DNA of 64,000 nucleotides from an uncultured Holophaga sp. (GTDB lineage Bacteria; Acidobacteriota; Holophagae; Holophagales; Holophagaceae): NCBI GenBank assembly GCA_963664825.1, contig OY761614.1, positions 1,952,001 to 2,016,000 of the forward strand, read 5' to 3'. Shown piece by piece: positions 27,864 to 35,891 of this stretch (position 1 is its first letter; each line of letters starts with the position of its first letter). The notes under the pieces were generated by a model. It saw only the letters and a program-made list of their open reading frames with translations, ran no database searches and was not told where the DNA came from. The position numbers and the translations under genes were made by a program.

Positions 27864-30098
27864 ATGTTCTCAAGAGCCCTGCTCATCCCTTGCCTTGTGG
27901 GCCTCCTCCTCCCCGCCCAGGGAACTCGGGCCGACTACGAGCGTGCCGCTCGCATGAAGGAACTGACCAGGACGGAGCTCTCCCGCGCCCAGCTCCGGCC
28001 CACCTTCCTGGAAGATGGCGCCTCCTTCTGGTACCGCAAGGATGATCCCGAGGGCCGAAAGGCCTGGATTCGGGTGTCCCTGGATGGCCGGAAGCGGCCC
28101 GCCTTCGATCATGCGCGTCTGGCCGGGAGTCTCGCCAAGGTGACGGGCAAGGCCGTGGAAGCGGGCAAACTTCCTATCGAGGAGCTGAGCTTCCTGGAGG
28201 GCGGCAAGCACCTGCTTTTCCGGACGGAAGAGGGCTGGTGGAGCTTCGAGTCGAAGACGGGCGCCGTGGCCAAGGCTCTGGCTCCCAAGGAACAGGCCCC
28301 TCCCCGGGGCGAGTATGACGACCCGGCCCCCCGGCGAACCCTGGTGCCCCTGCGCAGTCCGGATGGCCGGTACGCGGCCCAGATGCAGGATTCCAATATC
28401 GTGGTGCGCTCCGCCTCGGGAAAGGAGATCTTCCGCACCACGGACGGCGATTCCTCCGATCCCTATACAGGCGCCCTGGACTGGAGCCCCGACGGCCGGA
28501 AGCTGGTGGCCCAGCGATCCACGGTGGTGCCCATCCACCGGGTGACCTTCGTGGAATCCTCCCCCAAGGACCAGCTGGAACCCAAGGTCCACGTCAACGA
28601 TTACGCCAAGCCCGGCGATCCCCTTCCCATTGTGCGTCCCGTGCTGCTCGACCCGGAGAAGGGGCGCGTCGCGCCTGCGGATGCGAACCTGGCGCCCACA
28701 CCCTACTTCAACTATGGCGAAGACCTGGATATCCACTGGGCCAAGGATTCCAGCCGCTTCTTCTACGTCTATAACCAGCGGGGGCACCAGGCCCTGAAGG
28801 TGATCGCGGTGGATGCCGCCACGGGGGCGTCCAGGGCCGTGGTGGATGATCGCAGCAAGACCTTCATCGACTATTCCGGCAAGCAGTTCCTGGAGTATTT
28901 GGACGACACGAATGAACTGGTGTGGATGAGCGAACGCAATGGTTGGAACCATCTCTACCTAGTGGATGCCAGGACAGGTGCTGTCAAGAACCCCATCACC
29001 CAGGGCGAATGGGTCGTGCGCCGGGTGCTGAACGTGGATCCCAAGGCCCGCCAGATCCTCTTCATGGCCGGGGGCATCGTCCCGGGCCAGGACCCCTACT
29101 ACCTCCATCTGGTGAAGGTGAATTTCGATGGCACGGGCCTGAAGGTGCTCACGGAGGGGGACGGCACGCATTCGGTCACCCTCAACAAGGACCGCAGCGC
29201 CTTCGTGGACCTGTGGTCCCGGGTGGACCAGGCCCCGGTGGCCGAACTGCGCCGGACCGTCGATGGCGCGCGGGTGGCGGAGCTGGAGCGCTGGGACACC
29301 GTTTCCCTGCGGAAGGCCGGATGGAAACTGCCCGAGCGCTTCACGGCCAAGGCCCGGGACGGCAAGACCGATATTTATGGCGTCATCTACCGCCCCTCGA
29401 ACTATGATCCGGCCAAGAAGTATCCCGTCATCGAGTACATCTACGCGGGGCCCCAGGATGCCTTCGTGCCCAAGGCCTTCCAGCAGCGGACCATGTTCCC
29501 GGAACTCGTGGAACTGGGCTTCATCCTCGTCTCCATCGATGGCATGGGCACGAGCCAGCGCTCCAAGGCCTTCCACGACGTGTGCTTCAAGAACCTGGGC
29601 GATGGGGGCTTCCCCGACCGCATCCTCTGGATGAAGGCCGCCGCGGTCCAGGATCCCGCCATGGATCTCTCCCGGGTGGGCATCTTCGGCGGCAGCGCCG
29701 GGGGGCAGGACGCCCTGAGGGCCCTGCTGGGTTTCGGCGATTTCTACAAGGCGGCCGTGGCGGACTGCGGATGTCACGACAATCGCATGGACAAGGTCTG
29801 GTGGAACGAACTGTGGATGGGCTGGCCCGTCGGCCCCCACTACGCCGAACAGAGCAATGTCACCAACGCGCCGAAGCTCAAGGGCGATCTGCTCCTGCTG
29901 GTGGGCGAGATGGACACCAACGTGGACCCGGCCTCCACCCTGCAGGTGGTGAATGCCCTGGTGAAGGCGGATCGGGATTTCGAGATGCTGGTGGTGCCCG
30001 GCTCCGACCACGGCACCATGCGCATCCCCCACGTGGAGCGCCGCCTGAAGGACTTCTTCGTGCGCCATCTGCTGGGCGTTGCGCCCAGATCCAAGTAG
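27864..30098 (+). CDS. Secreted S9B dipeptidyl-peptidase IV-like serine peptidase
   Basis: Propeller region (WSPDG, SERNGWNHLY); KYPVIEYIYAGP; nucleophile GGSAGG; DTNVD; GSDHG. Confidence 0.9.
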   Translation: MFSRALLIPCLVGLLLPAQGTRADYERAARMKELTRTELSRAQLRPTFLEDGASFWYRKDDPEGRKAWIRVSLDGRKRPAFDHARLAGSLAKVTGKAVEAGKLPIEELSFLEGGKHLLFRTEEGWWSFESKTGAVAKALAPKEQAPPRGEYDDPAPRRTLVPLRSPDGRYAAQMQDSNIVVRSASGKEIFRTTDGDSSDPYTGALDWSPDGRKLVAQRSTVVPIHRVTFVESSPKDQLEPKVHVNDYAKPGDPLPIVRPVLLDPEKGRVAPADANLAPTPYFNYGEDLDIHWAKDSSRFFYVYNQRGHQALKVIAVDAATGASRAVVDDRSKTFIDYSGKQFLEYLDDTNELVWMSERNGWNHLYLVDARTGAVKNPITQGEWVVRRVLNVDPKARQILFMAGGIVPGQDPYYLHLVKVNFDGTGLKVLTEGDGTHSVTLNKDRSAFVDLWSRVDQAPVAELRRTVDGARVAELERWDTVSLRKAGWKLPERFTAKARDGKTDIYGVIYRPSNYDPAKKYPVIEYIYAGPQDAFVPKAFQQRTMFPELVELGFILVSIDGMGTSQRSKAFHDVCFKNLGDGGFPDRILWMKAAAVQDPAMDLSRVGIFGGSAGGQDALRALLGFGDFYKAAVADCGCHDNRMDKVWWNELWMGWPVGPHYAEQSNVTNAPKLKGDLLLLVGEMDTNVDPASTLQVVNALVKADRDFEMLVVPGSDHGTMRIPHVERRLKDFFVRHLLGVAPRSK

Positions 30099-30112
30099 TT
30101 CCGGGAGGTACC

Positions 30113-31696
30113 ATGCGAAACCAGGTCCCATGCCTCGTCGCCCTGCTGGCCGCAAGTCTCCAGGCTCAGACGCCCCAGGTGACGGCCCCCTCGGAGGCCC
30201 TCCTGGCCCGGGTGGAGGCGAAGAATCAGGCGGCCGTGCGCGCCTTCTACCACAAGACCCTGGATATCCAGGGCCTGCCCGTGCTCGCCTCGGGAAAGGT
30301 CGCCGACGAGGCTCTGTTGCGCACTTTTGAACTGGTGAGCCATGTGCTGGCGGGACGGCCCGATGTCATTAAGGCCATGGCTGAATTCGGCACCCGCCTG
30401 CTCATCATCGGCAGGGACGAGGTCTACACCGATCTGCCGGAGTACCGGGACACGCCCGACCCCGCCTTCTGGAACGAGCGGGTGCGCGGGACGGGAGGGG
30501 ACGACGTCACCAGCTTCGGGGAGGAGAATCTCCTCAACCTGCCCGGCGACCGCTACGACGATATGAGCGTGGGGGTCCACGAGTTCTCCCACACCATCGA
30601 CGCCACCCTCACCCGCATGGACCCCGCCTGGCAGAAGGAACTGGTGTCCGTCTTCCGCCACGCCCGGAAGGCCCGGCTCTATGAACACGCATACGCCGCG
30701 AGCAACCCCACCGAGTACTGGGCCGAGGCCGTCACCATGTACTTCGACTGCGAGCGGCCCAATAACTGGAACCACGCCCCCATCGCCACCCGCGAGGCGC
30801 TCCAGCGCTACGACCCGGAGATGTTCGCCTTCATCCGGAAGACCCTCCGCCTCGAGCCCGCCCAGGGCTGGCGCCTCAGGCCCCTGCATCGGCAGCCTTC
30901 CGTCATGGCGCCTCCCAAGAGCTTCGGGGCCGATGCCGCCTACATGAAATTCACCTACGCCCGGGAGTTTCCCGTGCTGGGTACGGCCCGGGTGAGCGAG
31001 GCGGCCCTGCTCAAGGCCAACGACACCATTCGCAAGCTCTTCGCCTACCGCCACGATATCCTCAAGGGCCTCATCGCCCAGGGCGTGCGCCTGGTGGTCC
31101 TGGGCCAGGGCGAGTGCCTGCGCGATCTGCCGGAATTCCGGGAGAACCTGCACAGGGCCTCAGCCGACGATCTCCGCTTCCTGGACTATGATCCCGCCCG
31201 CAAATTGATGGTGGTGCCCGAGGAGAACGTCCTGGGCCTGCCCGGGGATCCCTTCGCCGGGGAATGCGCGACCATCGTGGCCTTCGCCAGGGCCATGGAT
31301 GAGGTCCTCGGCCAGCGCCCCGTGGACCTGGCCTTCGAGCGGAAGGCCGAACACCAGCAGTACGAACTCGGCGTGCGCCGCATGGATGTGCGCTTCGACC
31401 GGGCCCTGAAGGCCGCCTTCTCCCGGGCCTCCCGCAAGGGCCTCTGGAAGGGCACGCCCGCCGCCCGGGAGCCCACGGGTTACTGGGCCGCAGGCCTCAC
31501 CGCCTACTTCGACGCCGGTGGGGATGGCCAGGCTCCGGTGGGCGCCGTCCGCCCCATCACCACCCGGGAGGCCCTGAAGGCCTATGATCCCGGGCTCTAC
31601 CGGATCGTGGACGATACAATGGCCTACCGAGAACACGTGGACTGGCGCTTTAAACCAGCAAACGCGGGCCAACCCTCCTTGGCGGCGCAGCCATGA
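30113..31696 (+). CDS. Secreted zinc metalloprotease-like protein with two tandem domains
   Basis: Signal peptide; HEFSH plus EYWAE in domain 1; repeated EENLLNLPGD/EENVLGLPGD and TREALQRYDP/TREALKAYDP; GGAGG RBS. Confidence 0.8.
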   Translation: MRNQVPCLVALLAASLQAQTPQVTAPSEALLARVEAKNQAAVRAFYHKTLDIQGLPVLASGKVADEALLRTFELVSHVLAGRPDVIKAMAEFGTRLLIIGRDEVYTDLPEYRDTPDPAFWNERVRGTGGDDVTSFGEENLLNLPGDRYDDMSVGVHEFSHTIDATLTRMDPAWQKELVSVFRHARKARLYEHAYAASNPTEYWAEAVTMYFDCERPNNWNHAPIATREALQRYDPEMFAFIRKTLRLEPAQGWRLRPLHRQPSVMAPPKSFGADAAYMKFTYAREFPVLGTARVSEAALLKANDTIRKLFAYRHDILKGLIAQGVRLVVLGQGECLRDLPEFRENLHRASADDLRFLDYDPARKLMVVPEENVLGLPGDPFAGECATIVAFARAMDEVLGQRPVDLAFERKAEHQQYELGVRRMDVRFDRALKAAFSRASRKGLWKGTPAAREPTGYWAAGLTAYFDAGGDGQAPVGAVRPITTREALKAYDPGLYRIVDDTMAYREHVDWRFKPANAGQPSLAAQP

Positions 31697-33231
31697 CCCG
31701 TCGGGGCATCCTCCGAAACATCTGTGCCTTGCTCCTCGGCGCGCTCTTGCCCTTGTGCGGAGCGCCTGCCTTCGAGGCGTCGAACAGCGTGGGCGGAATA
31801 TGGGTCTTCTCTGGGGCGCCGCCCTTCCCGGGGCTGCGCATGATGCAGATCGCCGTGAAGGCTGGAAGGGCCACGGGCACACTCACCACGGATTGGTACG
31901 GGCCCATGCCCATGCACGACCTCTGCATCCGGGGGAAGGCGGCCTCCTTCGGGATCCATAACGGCAACCCGCGTCTTCCCATGAAGACTTGGATGACCAC
32001 GCTCCAGGGCAAGCACCAGATGAGGGTGGTGGGTGATATCTGGGAGGAACACGTGGATCTGCTGGCCCGTCGGGGAACGGCTCGGGATGCGGCGCGACTC
32101 CGGTTCCAGGTGCAGCCCCTGCCCGCGCCAGCCAGGCTGGGGCCGGACGCGCTGGCCCCGACTCCCCCCATGGGCTGGAGCAGTTGGAACCGTTTCGCCG
32201 AGAAGATCGATGACCCCACCGTGCGCCGGATGGCCGATCTCATGGTCTCCACGGGGCTGCGGGACGCTGGGTATCTCTACGTCAATATCGACGATGGCTG
32301 GCAGGGCAAGCGGGATGCCCGGGGCGTGCTCCAGCCCAACCCCAAGTTCCCGGACATGAAGGCCCTCGCCGAATATGTCCATTCCCGGGGCCTCAAACTC
32401 GGGCTCTACAGTTCACCGGGGCCCAGGAGTTGCGCGGGGTTTGAAGGGAGCTACGGGCATGTGGAGATGGATGCCCAGACCTGGGCCTCCTGGGGCATCG
32501 ACTACGTGAAATACGATCTCTGCTCGGGGGAGGGGATCTTCCGGACCCCCGCGGAGGTCCAGGCGGCCTACCTGGCCATGGGGCAGGCCCTGCGGCGCAC
32601 GGGGCGCCCCATCGTCTACAGTCTCTGCCAATACGGGCGGGACCGGGTCGGAAGCTGGGGGCGCGACGTGGGCGGCCACCTCTGGCGCACCACAGGCGAT
32701 ATCTCGGACGACTACACCACCATGGCCAGGCTGGGCTTCGAGCGCAACGGGGATCCCGCCGATGCGGGCCCGGGGGGATGGAATGATCCGGACATGCTGG
32801 AAGTGGGCAACGGCGGCATGACCGCCGGGGAATACCGCACCCACATGAGCCTGTGGGCGATCTTGGCGGCCCCCCTGCTGATGGGGCACGATCTCCAGGC
32901 CATGACGCCCGAGACCTTCGCCCTGCTCGCCAATCCAGAGGTGATCGCCATCGATCAGGATCCCAAGGGCATCCAGGGGCGGCGCGTGAGGAAGGACGGT
33001 GCCGTCGAGGTCTGGTCCCGCCCCTTAGCCGATGGCTCTGCGGTGCTGGCCCTTTTCAATCGGGGTGAGGTGGAAGCCTCCGTGCGCTTCGAAGCTGCGG
33101 ATGCCGGTCTGGCCAGGTTCCTGAGCCTCCGGGATGTGTGGGCCCGCCGCGCATGGGAACCCGCGACCGGCACGGCCACGCTGCCCCCCCATGGTGTCCT
33201 GCTCCTGCGGGCCGCGGGGCCCCGCGGATAA
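31693..33231 (+). CDS. GH27 alpha-galactosidase (or beta-L-arabinopyranosidase)
   Basis: LAPTPPMGWSSWN, YVNIDDGWQ, GIDYVKYDLC, LWRTTGDI, WNDPDMLEVGN, NPEVIAIDQD. Confidence 0.92.
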   Translation: MTRRGILRNICALLLGALLPLCGAPAFEASNSVGGIWVFSGAPPFPGLRMMQIAVKAGRATGTLTTDWYGPMPMHDLCIRGKAASFGIHNGNPRLPMKTWMTTLQGKHQMRVVGDIWEEHVDLLARRGTARDAARLRFQVQPLPAPARLGPDALAPTPPMGWSSWNRFAEKIDDPTVRRMADLMVSTGLRDAGYLYVNIDDGWQGKRDARGVLQPNPKFPDMKALAEYVHSRGLKLGLYSSPGPRSCAGFEGSYGHVEMDAQTWASWGIDYVKYDLCSGEGIFRTPAEVQAAYLAMGQALRRTGRPIVYSLCQYGRDRVGSWGRDVGGHLWRTTGDISDDYTTMARLGFERNGDPADAGPGGWNDPDMLEVGNGGMTAGEYRTHMSLWAILAAPLLMGHDLQAMTPETFALLANPEVIAIDQDPKGIQGRRVRKDGAVEVWSRPLADGSAVLALFNRGEVEASVRFEAADAGLARFLSLRDVWARRAWEPATGTATLPPHGVLLLRAAGPRG

Positions 33232-33281
33232 TCCCTGCGGTCGTTCGCCGACGTCCTGTGGCCCAGCGGTAGGGTGGAACA

Positions 33282-33309
33282 GAAGAGCCCGGCCTGGGCC
33301 GGGCTCTTC
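33282..33309. terminator. Hairpin terminator between convergent GH27 and aminotransferase genes
   Basis: GAAGAGCCCGGCC-tg-GGCCGGGCTCTTC perfect inverted repeat. Confidence 0.75.
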
Positions 33310-33326
33310 CGCAAAAGGCTTCCTTC

Positions 33327-34682
33327 CTACCTGTAGTTCTTGTGGAACTCCGCGAAGCGCTCCACCACTTCCTTCATCTTGTCGGTGGGGGGCAGGATGG
33401 TGGTGCGGAAGTGGGCTGTGCCGGGAACCTGGCCGAAGCCTGTGCCGGGGACCACGCAGATGCCCGTGGCCTCCAGGAGGGCCAGGCAGTATTCGTTATC
33501 GGTGCGGCCCTCGGGGATCTCGATGCGGGGGAAGGCGTACATCGCGCCGGCCACCACGTTGCATCGGACCCCAGGCACCTTGTTGAGGCCCTCGGCGAGG
33601 ATGATGGCGCGCTTCTTCATCTCGTTGAGGATGCCGTCGCGCTCCTTCAGGTAGAGCTCAAGGCTGGGCTCGCCGGCCTTGGGGGGGCGCACCATGCAGT
33701 AGGTGGCCACCTGGCCCGTGAGGTTGGAGCAGAGGCTCACGCTCTGCATCTTGGTGATCTGGGCGACCACATCCTCGGGGATATTGCGGATCTCCATGTA
33801 GCCGCCCCGCTGGCCGCATTCGCCCAGGAAGCCCTTGGAGCAGGAATGGAAGCTGAAGAGGCTGACATCGGTCTCCCGCTTATCGGCCATGACCTTGGCG
33901 AAGGAGATGAAGCGGTCCGTGGGGAGGTAGATGTTCTCCTGGTAGACCTCGTCGGCCAGGATGGCCAGGCCGTGCTCCTTGGCGAAGTCGATGACCATGG
34001 CGATATTGTCCCGGTCCAGCACGCTGCCCGTGGGATTGCCGGGGTTCAGCACGCAGATGCCCTTCACCTTCACACCGACACGCTTGGCCTCCTGGAGGCT
34101 CTCCTCCAGCATGGCGCGGCTGAGCTTCCAGTTGTGGGCCTCGTCCAGGTAGTAGCCCACCTGCTTGCCCTCGTAGAGCGTGAGGGTGGCGCTGTAGAGC
34201 GGGTACTGGGGGATGGGGATCATGATCCCGTCGTTGGGGCCGCTGATGAGGATGCGCAGGGCGGTCTGCACGCCCTTGGAGGCGCCGTCCGTGAGGTAGA
34301 TGGCTTCCGCGTCGGTCTCGATGCCGTCCCGCTCATGGATGAACTGGGCGACCGCTTCGCGGATGAAGCGCACGCCCTTGCTGTCGGAGTAGGCGCCAAC
34401 GCCGTGCTGGGTGCCCTTCAGGATGGCCTTGGCCGTGGCTAGGACATCGGCGGGGAAGAGCTGGGGGGCCTGTTCCAGGAGGGCCGGATACTGGCAGAGG
34501 GCGATCACCTGGCGCCCGTACGTGAGGGGCTTCTGGTCCAGGGCCTGGGGATTGCCGATATTGCAGTAGATGATCTCCCGGCCGGCGCCTTCGAGTTCCT
34601 TGGCTCGGGCTACGATGGCGCCGCGCACGGCGTATTCGGTCTCCAGGACGGCCTTGCCGAGATCCTTGAGCTGGATGGTCAT
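33327..34682 (-). CDS. Alanine aminotransferase-type PLP enzyme (class I/II)
   Basis: EYAVRG, CNIGNPQ, IPQYPLYSA, NPGNPTG, ADEVYQEN, FHSCSKGFLGECGQRGG, GICVVPGTGFGQ..GT.HFRTTILP. Confidence 0.88.
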   Translation of the reverse strand: MTIQLKDLGKAVLETEYAVRGAIVARAKELEGAGREIIYCNIGNPQALDQKPLTYGRQVIALCQYPALLEQAPQLFPADVLATAKAILKGTQHGVGAYSDSKGVRFIREAVAQFIHERDGIETDAEAIYLTDGASKGVQTALRILISGPNDGIMIPIPQYPLYSATLTLYEGKQVGYYLDEAHNWKLSRAMLEESLQEAKRVGVKVKGICVLNPGNPTGSVLDRDNIAMVIDFAKEHGLAILADEVYQENIYLPTDRFISFAKVMADKRETDVSLFSFHSCSKGFLGECGQRGGYMEIRNIPEDVVAQITKMQSVSLCSNLTGQVATYCMVRPPKAGEPSLELYLKERDGILNEMKKRAIILAEGLNKVPGVRCNVVAGAMYAFPRIEIPEGRTDNEYCLALLEATGICVVPGTGFGQVPGTAHFRTTILPPTDKMKEVVERFAEFHKNYR

Positions 34683-34809
34683 GGGGATTCCTCTTCTGAG
34701 ACAGGCGTGATCGGGGCCTGGGGCCCATCTCTGAAATTCTGCGCTCCCGGCCGCGGGGGTTCAATGAGGGCCGCCGAGGTGTGACCGAATGCCGCAGGGG
34801 CTCAGGAGG

Positions 34810-34924
34810 GAACGCGAAGGAGAGCGAAGGGGGCTAAGAGCGCGAAGAACTGAAAGTCGTTGAGGCACCCCCTTGGCCTGAGGCTCCATTCGCGCCCTTC
34901 GCTTCCTTGGCGCTATTCGCGTTC
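34810..34924. repeat. Imperfect inverted-repeat element with GCGAAG-like subrepeats (MITE/REP-like)
   Basis: Left arm gaacgcgaaggagagcgaagggggctaagagcgcgaa; right arm ttcgcgcccttcgcttccttggcgctattcgcgttc. Confidence 0.65.
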
Positions 34925-35014
34925 TTTTTGGCCGATGGAGACCCGGCGCAATCTCCGGGATGCTTTCGGGCCTCGCGGCGCGAAGATGGAGGCTGTTCAC
35001 TGACAGGAGCCCCC

Positions 35015-35788
35015 ATGCGACCCGAGCATCCCATCGTCCTCATCACCGGCGCCAGCGCAGGCTTCGGTGAAGCCACCGCCCGCCTGCTGGCCGCCCAGGG
35101 CTGTCACCTGATCCTGGGCGCCCGCCGGGTGGATCGCGTGAAGGCCCTGGCCGAGGAACTGGCCACCCAACATGGCGTGAAGACCTTTGCGGGGGAAGTC
35201 GACACCCGGGATACCGCCAGCGTGAACGCCTTCGTGGCGGCGGGAGCGAAGGCTCTTGGGGGCCTGCACGTGGTGGTGGCCAATGCGGGCCTAGCCTCGG
35301 GCGTCGACAAGATCTGGGAGATCCCCGATACGGATATGGAAGCCATGCTGCGCACCAACGTGGAAGGGGTGGTCAAGACCATCCGCGCCGCCCTCCCCTT
35401 TGTGCGCCAGAGCGGATGGGGCCACATCTTCTTCCTGGGCAGCACGGCGGGCCACTCCACCTACGAGGGCGGCGGCGTCTACTGCGCCACCAAACACGGC
35501 GTGAAGGCCCTGGCCCAGACCCTGCGTCTGGAACTCTGCGGCGAACCCATCCGCGTGACCAGCGTGGACCCCGGCATGGCGGAGACGGAATTCTCCCTGG
35601 TGCGCCTGAAGGACGAGGCCAAGGCTCAGGCCGTCTACAAGGGGCTGGAGCCCCTCCAGTCCCTGGATATCGCCGAGTGCATCCGCTGGGCCCTGGCTCT
35701 GCCCGATCACGTCAATATCGACGAGATGATCGTGAAGGGCCGGGATCAGGCCAGCCACACGGGGGCGAAGGTGCACCGAAGGGCCTGA
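35015..35788 (+). CDS. Short-chain dehydrogenase/reductase (YdfG-like)
   Basis: ITGASAGFG, ANAG, YCATK, VDPGMAETEFS; AGGAG RBS. Confidence 0.9.
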   Translation: MRPEHPIVLITGASAGFGEATARLLAAQGCHLILGARRVDRVKALAEELATQHGVKTFAGEVDTRDTASVNAFVAAGAKALGGLHVVVANAGLASGVDKIWEIPDTDMEAMLRTNVEGVVKTIRAALPFVRQSGWGHIFFLGSTAGHSTYEGGGVYCATKHGVKALAQTLRLELCGEPIRVTSVDPGMAETEFSLVRLKDEAKAQAVYKGLEPLQSLDIAECIRWALALPDHVNIDEMIVKGRDQASHTGAKVHRRA

Positions 35789-35891
35789 GATCGTGAAGCG
35801 TGACGCCCGGGGTCCCGGTCCTGGGGCCTTCCCGGGAACTCCTGAGAAAATAATCAAGAAAGTCCTTTCCCGGGCCGTTGAGATATACGTG

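Noticed and set aside
29582..30112. Extension of the 704-aa ORF upstream of the metalloprotease
   Set aside because: Overlaps the S9 gene out of frame; real start at 30113 has GGAGG and a signal peptide
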